DNA of 44,043 nucleotides. It comes from an uncultured Bacteroidales bacterium. GTDB taxonomy: Bacteria; Bacteroidota; Bacteroidia; Bacteroidales; UBA10428. The stretch covers positions 1 to 44,043 of the forward strand of contig CAYMJH010000005.1 in assembly GCA_964390385.1 (NCBI GenBank), read 5' to 3'. The notes beneath the pieces are model-generated. The model saw only the letters and a program-made list of their open reading frames with translations. It was not told where the DNA came from and made no database searches. The first letter of the stretch is position 1. The number at the start of each line of letters is the position of its first letter. The translations under genes and the position numbers were made by a program. Below, one piece after another: positions 1 through 7,876 of the stretch.

Positions 1-924
1 AGGCATATCCTTTTGCATGGAATACCACATATGCCTTTTGAATACGTCGGTCTTCTGATGGTAAGCGGGCCCCTGCTCGGTCTGAAGGACGATATCGGTA
101 TCCGGAAAATCCTGCTGGGCATCAATATAGGCCGCCAGCTCATAATTGAGGCAGCATTTAAGCTTGCTGCACTGGCCGGCAAGTTTCTGAGGGTTGAGTG
201 AAACTTCCTGGTAACGGGCGGCATTGGTGGTAACCGACACAAAATTAGTGATCCAGGTGGAGCAGCAAAGCTCGCGGCCACACGACCCGATCCCGCCGAT
301 ACGCCCCGCTTCCTGCCGGGCCCCGATCTGCTTCATCTCGATCCTTACCTTGAAACGGTCGGCCAGTATCTTAATAAGCTCACGAAAGTCAACCCTGTCG
401 TCGGCGATATAATAGAAAATGGCTTTGGTGCCATCGCCCTGGTACTCCACATCCCCGATCTTCATTTCGAGTTTGAGATCCTCGGCTATTTTACGGGACT
501 TGATCATGGTGGTGTGTTCCATCGTCATGGCCTCCATCCATTTTTCGATGTCGGCGGGTTTGGCTTTCCGGTATACCTTCTTGAATTCGGTGTTATCGGG
601 TGCGATGTTATTGCGCAGCAATTGCCTCCGCACCAACACGCCCGTGAGTGACACGATACCGATGTCGTGGCCCGGATTGGCCTCCACGGCAACGATATCA
701 CCCCTTTTCAGTTTCAGGTTATTGACGTTTTTAAAAAAGCCCTTGCGTGTGTTCTTGAAGCGGACTTCCACGGTATCAACCTGCTGGAAGTCTTCCGGTA
801 TATCGCTGAAATAGTCAAAGGTATCCAGTTTGTAACACCCTGTGTCCAAACAGGCAGATGCATCGGAAGCATCTTTTATCATTTTGCGGCAACCCCGCCC
901 GTTATAGGCTGTATTTGAATTCAT
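1..924 (-). CDS. PSP1/RicT(YaaT)-like domain protein, C-terminal end cut by window edge
   Basis: The reverse frame is open from ATG (924-922) to base 1. It is absent from the ORF track because there is no stop inside the window. My translation is MNSNTAYNGRGCRKMIKD...VEVRFKNTRKGFFKNVNNLKLKRGDIVAVEANPGHDIGIVSLTG...GSCGRELCCSTWITNFVSVTTNAARYQEVSLNPQKLAGQCSKLKCCLNYE, a typical PSP1 domain pattern. Plus-strand ORFs 13-918 are shadow frames. Confidence 0.85.
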   Translation of the reverse strand, partial: MNSNTAYNGRGCRKMIKDASDASACLDTGCYKLDTFDYFSDIPEDFQQVDTVEVRFKNTRKGFFKNVNNLKLKRGDIVAVEANPGHDIGIVSLTGVLVRRQLLRNNIAPDNTEFKKVYRKAKPADIEKWMEAMTMEHTTMIKSRKIAEDLKLEMKIGDVEYQGDGTKAIFYYIADDRVDFRELIKILADRFKVRIEMKQIGARQEAGRIGGIGSCGRELCCSTWITNFVSVTTNAARYQEVSLNPQKLAGQCSKLKCCLNYELAAYIDAQQDFPDTDIVLQTEQGPAYHQKTDVFKRHMWYSMQKDMP

Positions 925-1192
925 GGCTGTTTCATAAGTTGGTCCGGCCACGTCGCTCTTCTTTATCCCTGAATCATTTGACAGGAATTATTATGCATAC
1001 AATCCGGCCGGATTGAAAAACGTCAAATTTAGTGATTTTTATGAAATCAAATTTTTAAATTGTAAAACCATGTTGAATAACTAAGCTACTTCCCTGTTTC
1101 CGAAAATTTTTTTGATTCCGTTTCATATTGTACCTTTAGTCAATCATTCTTTGGTACGGATCTATGTTTGAATTTCTGTCAGCAATAGTTGA

Positions 1193-1324
1193 CCTGTTCA
1201 GCAGCTCGAAAGCGAACTGCAGAAAAGAGACATCAGTCAACTTATGTTGGAAGATGATATTGATGCTGCCTACATCCATCCCTGGTGTAACCGGCTGAAA
1301 TTAAATACTTATGGTTTATTTTGA
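1193..1324 (+). pseudogene. possible 3' remnant (~43 codons) of a nucleotidyltransferase-like/TA-type gene
   Basis: The frame opens straight after an in-frame TGA (1190-1192). It reads PVQQLESELQKRDISQLMLEDDIDAAYIHPWCNRLKLNTYGLF* with no plausible start. Its stop lies 1 nt before the ATG at 1326 of the next small ORF, an operon-like coupling. The family assignment comes only from my memory of C-terminal 'D..Y...W...L.L' tails. Confidence 0.25.
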
Positions 1325-1586
1325 TATGAAAGACACAACAATAGATATGGCTGATCTTCAATACCGGCTGGTCATGGAAATGACCCCTCAGCAGCGGTTT
1401 AAAATGGGCATCGAAATGGCCGATGAAGGTATGAAACTTATGAAAGTAGGTATTTTAGCAGAAAAAGGGAAACTTTCGGAGGATGAACTTCGCCTTGAAG
1501 TAATTCGCAGGCTGAGGAAATTTGACCCTTCATTATGGTGGCTGGATGACAGGGAAGCTCACATTTCGTATGATTGTCCTGGGTAA
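1311..1586 (+). CDS. small hypothetical helical protein (86-91 aa)
   Basis: ORF track; alternative ATG at 1326 (MKDTTIDMADLQYRLV...). No recognisable motif. Charged and helical-looking. Confidence 0.45.
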   Translation: MVYFDMKDTTIDMADLQYRLVMEMTPQQRFKMGIEMADEGMKLMKVGILAEKGKLSEDELRLEVIRRLRKFDPSLWWLDDREAHISYDCPG

Positions 1587-1639
1587 TAGAAAAAACCGTT
1601 CAAGGTTAGTTCAGGTTCCCGGGAGGATAAGCCGGATCA

Positions 1640-1946
1640 TTTTTGTTTGTCTGAACCGGGATTTATGGGATTTCAGGATTATGGGATAGGGCTGCCCCTC
1701 TGTTGCTGTCCTTTCACTAATTGACGGTTGTACCGTCAATTTCGCGATCCCAAATCAGTTGGGGAAAAGTAAGAGTACCTGAATTATTATTTTCAAAAAA
1801 AACAACTTCAACCATAAAATATTTGCCCGAAAACTTGACTTGCATCGTTTTTTTTTTTTTTCTTTTACTTCAATATTAGATCACAGTTTAGCGGCAAGAT
1901 TGATTTTTTTATGTTGGGTGAAATGGAACTATGATTTAATAAGCAT
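1640..1946 (+). repeat. conserved non-coding block, copy A (upstream of T9SS paralogue A)
   Basis: Aligns by eye with 4023-4347 at roughly 85% identity. Copy B carries one 21-nt insertion. Identical stretches include ccgtcaatttcgcgatcccaaa and ttcaaccataaaatatttgcccgaaaacttgacttg. Contains the hairpin aattgacggt-tgt-accgtcaatt (1719-1741). Confidence 0.9.
1848..1861 (+). repeat. homopolymeric T14 tract inside block A
   Basis: Counted directly: 14 consecutive T, flanked by cg and c. Confidence 0.95.
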
Positions 1947-2051
1947 AATTTTATTATACAATCGTATCGGGTGTTTCAATGATTATTGCCTATAAAAATG
2001 AATACTGTCTGGTATTCTGTTAAATAGATTTATTGATTAATAATAAGCATT

Positions 2052-2963
2052 ATGAAAAAAATATTTTTTATTGCATTGCTGTTCTGTGCAGTTGCGGTGA
2101 ATGCGCAGCAACCAATCTGTTTAGGTAACATGGCCGGAGGCGATCTTGACTTTGAGTATCCTCCACAATATGATTGCGTCAGTATTGATACAAATCACGT
2201 TTGGTTTATAGCAAAAGCTGAAAAGCAAATTTTATTTGCAGACAACCCATATAATAAACATTCACTCATTACCGATACATCCGGTTATTATAAAAACAAT
2301 ATAAGGTCTTCTGTAAAATTCAAATTGTGCTTTAGCTGGGCTGAGGATTATACCATAATGTTCTGGCATAAATACGATTTTGAAAAGAACAAAGACGGTG
2401 GAATTATTGAAACGTCTCATGACAATGGGGTAACATGGCAAAATATTCTTGATGACACATTTATCATGAACAATGTCAAAGATACAGGCGGGCTTTATAG
2501 CAATTCAGATATTATCAGTTCGTATGAAAACCAGCCTGGTTATACAGGTCGGCAACCGGAAGATAAATCAGTATGGATAGAATTTTATGCCAGGGAATAT
2601 ATGTTGGAAGATACAATGTTACTGCGATTTACCATTTCAACAGATTCAAATGATGCCCAAAACGAAGGCTGGATGCTGGACGATTTTTCCTTTTTCGGAG
2701 GAGAAACCGCAATTGAGTATCATATTAATGAAATTAAACCCCTTATTTATCCCAATCCGGCGAATAGATATATTAGAGTTGAAAATATGCGGGACAGAGT
2801 TAATGAAGTAAAGGTTATTTCGTTAACAGGCGAAACAATGCTTGAACAAAAAGGCGACAACATTTCAGTTTTGAATATCGAAAGTCTTTCAGCCGGGCTT
2901 TATATTGTAATCAGCATGAATGAAAGGAACGATTTCAATGTATCAAAATTTGTGAAATTATGA
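2052..2963 (+). CDS. secreted T9SS cargo protein, paralogue A (beta-sandwich-like N-domain with one Asp-box, C-terminal Por/T9SS sorting domain)
   Basis: Signal peptide MKKIFFIALLFCAVAVNA|QQ. Asp-box S-x-D-x-G-x-T-W (TSHDNGVTW). C-terminus IYPNPANRYIRVEN...VKVISLTGETML...LSAGLYIVISM...SKFVKL fits the T9SS type-A CTD (TIGR04183-like). Confidence 0.85.
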   Translation: MKKIFFIALLFCAVAVNAQQPICLGNMAGGDLDFEYPPQYDCVSIDTNHVWFIAKAEKQILFADNPYNKHSLITDTSGYYKNNIRSSVKFKLCFSWAEDYTIMFWHKYDFEKNKDGGIIETSHDNGVTWQNILDDTFIMNNVKDTGGLYSNSDIISSYENQPGYTGRQPEDKSVWIEFYAREYMLEDTMLLRFTISTDSNDAQNEGWMLDDFSFFGGETAIEYHINEIKPLIYPNPANRYIRVENMRDRVNEVKVISLTGETMLEQKGDNISVLNIESLSAGLYIVISMNERNDFNVSKFVKL

Positions 2964-3061
2964 ACAGAATAATATTGCTTTTATTTCTGTTCATTTCCAC
3001 TTTTCTAGTTGATTATTACATCGTAAATTTTTTAAAACAGCCACAAGCAGGTTGCACCTGA
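2960..3061 (+). pseudogene. 33-codon stub resembling only the signal peptide of a downstream operon partner
   Basis: ATG at 2960 overlaps the TGA of the upstream gene (ATGA), exactly as at 5363-5366. Reads MNRIILLLFLFISTFLVDYYIVNFLKQPQAGCT*, a hydrophobic signal-like start followed by an early stop. Confidence 0.35.
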
Positions 3062-3219
3062 CTACATTGTTCAATCAGGTAAAGTTTGTTTAAACAAATC
3101 TCACTAAGATGTAACTTATCTCGTCAAAAACGGCAGCTTCAGTAGGACGGGATTTCAATAAATTAAAAAACATAGTTCAGACAATTGCACAGGAAGGTAA
3201 TGGATATTATAAAATGTAA

Positions 3220-3264
3220 ATGCCCCTTTATGGGGGGCATCGGTCCGGGGATGCTATCCCCGGA
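3220..3264 (+). other. two adjacent GC-rich hairpins in an AT-rich spacer
   Basis: atgcccc/ggggcat (3220-3226 / 3234-3240) and tccgggga/tccccgga (3244-3251 / 3257-3264). No T-run follows. They lie about 55 nt upstream of the NYN start. Confidence 0.6.
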
Positions 3265-3317
3265 GCTGTTAAAGTTGAATACAAAAATAAATGTATTTTT
3301 GTATAAACGCAAGTTTA

Positions 3318-3938
3318 ATGGATAAAAATATCAACAGGATAATTGCTTACATCGATGGTTTTAACCTGTATTTCGGCATGAAAGATGCCGGTTACGGGTA
3401 TTGTAAATGGCTCGATATAAATAAACTAATAAGGAGTTATCTTACCTCAAACCAGCAACTTATTGCCGTAAAGTATTTTACAAGCAGGGTAACCAACAAC
3501 CCGCCCAAACAAAAAAGACAGTCAACCTATATTGAAGCGTTAGAAACAACAGGCATTAAAGTCGTTTATGGTTTATATAAGGCTAAAATTATTGAATGTA
3601 TGAATTGCGGGCATTTATGGTCAATTGCCAACGAAAAAATGACCGATGTAAACATAGCAACTCATCTCATAATCGATGCATTTCAGGACAGTTATGATAC
3701 AGCAGTTCTTGTTTCGGGCGATAGCGATTTGGTACCCCCTATAAAAGCGGTGCATGAGAATTTCAACAGAAAAGCTGTTTCGGTATTCTTTCCGCCTGCA
3801 CGGCACAATGTTTCTGTGGCAGCAGCTGCCAGAGGTTCTCAGATAATAGGTCGTAAGAAACTTGTTGACAATCAGTTTCCGCCGGAAGTTAAGAAAAATA
3901 ACGGGTATATACTCCGTAAACCTACAGATTGGTTGTAA
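3318..3938 (+). CDS. NYN-domain (LabA/PIN-like) predicted ribonuclease with internal CxxC
   Basis: IAYIDGFNLYFG...YFTSRV...CMNCGHLW...EKMTDVNIATHLIIDAF...DTAVLVSGDSDLVPPIKAV is the NYN (PF01936-like) acidic-residue pattern. The ORF track start is 3291; the ATG at 3318 (MDKNINR) is more likely. Confidence 0.8.
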   Translation: MDKNINRIIAYIDGFNLYFGMKDAGYGYCKWLDINKLIRSYLTSNQQLIAVKYFTSRVTNNPPKQKRQSTYIEALETTGIKVVYGLYKAKIIECMNCGHLWSIANEKMTDVNIATHLIIDAFQDSYDTAVLVSGDSDLVPPIKAVHENFNRKAVSVFFPPARHNVSVAAAARGSQIIGRKKLVDNQFPPEVKKNNGYILRKPTDWL

Positions 3939-4022
3939 ATTCAATTTGCTATTCGGGATTGGGGATTATACAAGTAATTATGAGTTGTTATAGTTACACC
4001 CTTGTTCGGCTGAGATTCGTCT

Positions 4023-4347
4023 TTTTTGTTTGTCTGAATTGGGACCTGCCTTGCCGTCAGGCTGGTTTACGTGATTTCAGGATTGCGGGATAGGGTTGCT
4101 CCCCTGCTGCTGTTCTTTTACCAATTTACGGTTGTGCCGTCAATTTCGCGATCCCAAAGCAGCTGAGGAAAAGTAAGTGTATGTGATTTATTATTTTCAA
4201 AAAAAAGCAATTTCAACCATAAAATATTTGCCCGAAAACTTGACTTGTATCGTTTTTTTTTTTTCTTTTACTTTAATATTAAGTCACAGTTTATCGGCAA
4301 GATTGATTATTATGTTGGGTGAAACAGAACTATGATTTAATAAGCAT
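4023..4347 (+). repeat. conserved non-coding block, copy B (upstream of T9SS paralogue B)
   Basis: See copy A. Includes the extra cctgccttgccgtcaggctgg segment. Confidence 0.9.
4253..4264 (+). repeat. homopolymeric T12 tract inside block B
   Basis: Counted directly: 12 consecutive T at the position homologous to the T14 in copy A. Confidence 0.95.
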
Positions 4348-4448
4348 TACATCTTTTTTTTCATACGGAATATCATTGTTATTCGATTTATTTTATTCAT
4401 TAAGGAATATGTCTAATCGTTTATATAAATATAAAACAGTAAAAAGTT

Positions 4449-5366
4449 ATGAAAAATTTATTATTTATTTCTTTTGTGTGCTGTTCAATTCCCGGATTTT
4501 CACAGGAATTACTGAGCCTGGGTCGTATTGGAGCAGATTTAGACTTTGAAAGACCTGAAGAATATAGATTTATTAAAATTGATACTAATAATCTATGGTT
4601 TATCACAGAACCAGGAAAAGAAATTCTATTTCTTCCGCCCAATGCAGGTTTTGGCTCACATGCTTTGCTTAGTGATACTTCATTATATTATAGAAGCAAT
4701 ACAATAGCTACCTTCCAGTTCAAGCTTCAGATGCAAGAAGAAGGGAATACTTATTTGATAAATTTTGACCATAAATATGATTTTGAGAAAAACATTGACG
4801 GAGGCATTATAGAGACTTCATATGATAATGGTTTGACCTGGCAAAATATCATTTTTGATACGATTATAATGAATCATGTCTGTGAATTGAGAAATTTTTA
4901 TTCATTATCCGATACAATCCTATCGCTTGGAAACCAGCCAGGATTTACGGGCACACAAAGCAGCATGACTCTTGTTATTATTGAATTTTATCCAAGTGAA
5001 TATTTGAGAGAAGATACAATGACATTAAGATTTAAATTTGGTTCAGATTCAAATAATACCAATAATGAGGGATGGATGCTTGATCTTTTTCATTTCGGAG
5101 GTCAATTTTGGGATGATTTAAAAGAATATTATCAATCTTATATAAAAATTCATCCTGTTCCGGCAAATGACAGGCTTTTATTGGAATCTGAATATGAAAG
5201 GATTTCACATGTTGAGGTCTATTCTTTGACAGGACAACTTTTATTAAGCGATATAGGGAATAATCTTAATTCTGTTGATATATCAAAGCTGAATAAAGGA
5301 TTTTATTTTTTAATGTTAGAGTGTGAAAGTAGTAAAAGATGGATTTCAAAATTTTGTAAAATATGA
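4449..5366 (+). CDS. secreted T9SS cargo protein, paralogue B
   Basis: Signal peptide MKNLLFISFVCCSIPGFS|QE. Shares HKYDFEKNxDGGIIETSxDNGxTWQNI and NEGWMLD with 2052-2963, at roughly 40-45% identity by eye. CTD: IHPVPANDRLLLES...VEVYSLTGQLL...LNKGFYFLML. Confidence 0.85.
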   Translation: MKNLLFISFVCCSIPGFSQELLSLGRIGADLDFERPEEYRFIKIDTNNLWFITEPGKEILFLPPNAGFGSHALLSDTSLYYRSNTIATFQFKLQMQEEGNTYLINFDHKYDFEKNIDGGIIETSYDNGLTWQNIIFDTIIMNHVCELRNFYSLSDTILSLGNQPGFTGTQSSMTLVIIEFYPSEYLREDTMTLRFKFGSDSNNTNNEGWMLDLFHFGGQFWDDLKEYYQSYIKIHPVPANDRLLLESEYERISHVEVYSLTGQLLLSDIGNNLNSVDISKLNKGFYFLMLECESSKRWISKFCKI

Positions 5367-7858
5367 AAAAGCTTTTACTTCTTCATTTTTTTATGGCTTT
5401 TTGGGCTGTAGCTTATAGCCAGACTGTATATAAAACATATTACGGAGATTATGTATATCCAGTTGATACTTTCCGCGTTCTGAATTTTTTCATAAATATT
5501 ATTTATGATCAATGCGAAAATTGTGATCCATACGAGGACCCTGCTAAAACACCCAATTGGATTCCTGGACCACCAAATACTATTAACACCAATCCACCTG
5601 CTTATCTGGCCAATTTCATGGACTCAGATTTGGGCACTGAATTACACGGTACCTATACGAAAAGATATGCAAGTGCTTCTTTTAACAAATTTATTATTCT
5701 TGGGGATAATGTTGTTGTTAATATTGCACAATCAAGAGTTACTCCTAACAATACTAATGGCTATTTTGGATATACTAAGTTACTTGATGCTGCAGTAAGC
5801 CTAATAAATGAATATGGAGGGTTAACGACAATTAATGGGCACAATAGTATTTCAGACTATGATGATATAGATGCAACAATGACCAATCGATTTCTTACAA
5901 AATCACAAGATTACCATAATAATCGTATAGATTTTTTACAGGTCTATTTTAGAAACAGTACAGATACTACAGGAGGGATATCAGGTGGAGGAAGAAGTTA
6001 TATCCGAATGACAGAATATCTTAAATTTTTAAATGGGGATTCTTGCAGAAATGAACTTGGCACGGTACAAGGTGCATTGGGAAATACTGATTTGTCAAAT
6101 CCACAATATCCTACCGCTGATATTCATGAAATGGGGCATAATATTTTTGGTCAAAGCAATTCAATTCATATGGGAGGCGGGGGTCCCTTAAATTCTGGTT
6201 GTCTGACAACCCTCGAATCAAATGGTGGTTGGTCATTTATGGGGGGATCATACAGCAGCCTGGTTTCGTGTAGCGGATTTGACAGGTGGAGATTAGATTG
6301 GAAACCAAGTGGATGTAACTTTTCTATAGCAGTTCAGAATGCAAATTCAGATATTACAAGATCAGATGGGGCAAAAACATTTTATATGCGTGATTTTATC
6401 ACAGCCGGTGATGCTATTAGAATAAAATTGCCCTATAAAGATGTTGGAAGTCTTGATCAATATATATGGCTTGAAAATCATCGGCTTAAACCGAATAATG
6501 GCCATGTGGATTATCCTGCATATTGGGAATATGAGTGCAAAGATGATGGAGTCCCTGGCGTATATGCATATTACCAGGTAGGAAAAGACATTCGAGAAAA
6601 TACAAACAGAGATACATTGTTGCCACCTTTAACAGACCATCTTGTACCCATTGATGCAGAAGGCAATTGGGATTTCATTTATGCCCCTGATTCAAGTTTA
6701 CCTTGCATAAATGATGGTAAAACAAAGGCAAGACACCAAATTTATAACAGGGAAAATCCCTTTTCCGGATATAATGATCAGGGAGTTCATTTTTTTGTTC
6801 CTGATGGAGTTAACACGCTTAACACTATAACACACAGAATAGAATGCCTTATTAAAGAAAAAGGTGGTGTTACCTATAATAAGCAATCAAATCTTGGAGA
6901 CAATTGGGATGCCTTTACAAATAATTCTTCAATAAATATTTCATCGAATCCTACACCCTTCAATGTAATTACCTATCATCATTTACATAATGGAGGAGCA
7001 GTATTTAAAAACAGTAACTGGACCGATAACGTTAAAATCCACTTAAGCGGCCTTCGGATTGATTTTACCGAGCAGACCGGAGGCATTATGAAAGTTGATA
7101 TCCGCTGGGATGATTATAATGTAACGAAAAATGTTACCTGGACAGGGGATATAGCGTTACATGAGAGCGTTAATCTGATTTCAGGAAAAACAATAACATT
7201 TGATCAAAATTATACGCCGAACAAACACACAAGAGACGCTGTAACCGGTGTGTTCGCCGGTCCGACTTATTTCAGATGTCTGACTAATTCTACATTTGTG
7301 ATGCAGCCTTCTTCGAATGTTATCCTTCAAAACCTCAGCTCTTTTATTCTTGAGTCGGGCAGCCAGCTTGAGATCAATGACGGTGCAGTTTTCACTGTCA
7401 AAAGCGGATGTACACTTCAGATTAAAAACGGAGCAAATTTTGTAGTGAAAGGAACCGGACGGATTGAGGTGGAGAACGGCGGGTATCTTTGCATTGAAGC
7501 CGGTGCATCCGGCCAGTTGCAGGATCCTTTGAGTGTAATTAATTTCAGAAACGGTTCAATATTAGGAGTAAATACTGATGTGATTTCAGATCCCGGAACA
7601 TGTGTTGAAGATATAGCAGCCGATATAAGGGAATACGTTAGCGGGCCCGGTAAGATCAACCTCTATATCCAAAATATAAATTACCTGATCGACACCTATG
7701 AAACCGGCGAAAACATTTATGTCGGTTATGATGTAACCGATCCGCCCTATGGTAATGTGCTTATCAATGGCGCGAAAGTTACACTGGATGCCAATGGGGA
7801 AATATTCATAAAGAATGGATTTGAGATGGATTCAGGCAGTGAACTGGAAACTAAATAA
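5363..7858 (+). CDS. 831-aa secreted protein with HExxH zinc-metallopeptidase motif and beta-helix-like C-terminal repeats; no T9SS CTD seen
   Basis: Signal peptide MKKLLLLHFFMAFWAVAYS|QT. HEMGH at nt 6125-6139. C-terminal G/N-rich repeats (SGSQLEINDGAVFTVKSGCTLQIKNGANFVVKGTGRIEVENGG). Start overlaps the upstream stop (ATGA). Confidence 0.75.
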   Translation: MKKLLLLHFFMAFWAVAYSQTVYKTYYGDYVYPVDTFRVLNFFINIIYDQCENCDPYEDPAKTPNWIPGPPNTINTNPPAYLANFMDSDLGTELHGTYTKRYASASFNKFIILGDNVVVNIAQSRVTPNNTNGYFGYTKLLDAAVSLINEYGGLTTINGHNSISDYDDIDATMTNRFLTKSQDYHNNRIDFLQVYFRNSTDTTGGISGGGRSYIRMTEYLKFLNGDSCRNELGTVQGALGNTDLSNPQYPTADIHEMGHNIFGQSNSIHMGGGGPLNSGCLTTLESNGGWSFMGGSYSSLVSCSGFDRWRLDWKPSGCNFSIAVQNANSDITRSDGAKTFYMRDFITAGDAIRIKLPYKDVGSLDQYIWLENHRLKPNNGHVDYPAYWEYECKDDGVPGVYAYYQVGKDIRENTNRDTLLPPLTDHLVPIDAEGNWDFIYAPDSSLPCINDGKTKARHQIYNRENPFSGYNDQGVHFFVPDGVNTLNTITHRIECLIKEKGGVTYNKQSNLGDNWDAFTNNSSINISSNPTPFNVITYHHLHNGGAVFKNSNWTDNVKIHLSGLRIDFTEQTGGIMKVDIRWDDYNVTKNVTWTGDIALHESVNLISGKTITFDQNYTPNKHTRDAVTGVFAGPTYFRCLTNSTFVMQPSSNVILQNLSSFILESGSQLEINDGAVFTVKSGCTLQIKNGANFVVKGTGRIEVENGGYLCIEAGASGQLQDPLSVINFRNGSILGVNTDVISDPGTCVEDIAADIREYVSGPGKINLYIQNINYLIDTYETGENIYVGYDVTDPPYGNVLINGAKVTLDANGEIFIKNGFEMDSGSELETK

Positions 7859-7876
7859 ATTTAAATAATTAATGCT

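Noticed and set aside
13-918. Plus-strand track ORFs at the window start (62-131 aa)
   Set aside because: They lie opposite the clearly recognisable PSP1/RicT-like reading frame, which is missing from the track only because it runs off the window edge.
4319-4642. Track ORFs 4319-4549 (+) and 4421-4642 (-)
   Set aside because: These are AT-rich low-complexity translations overlapping the conserved non-coding block and the start of the T9SS paralogue B. There is no coding signal.
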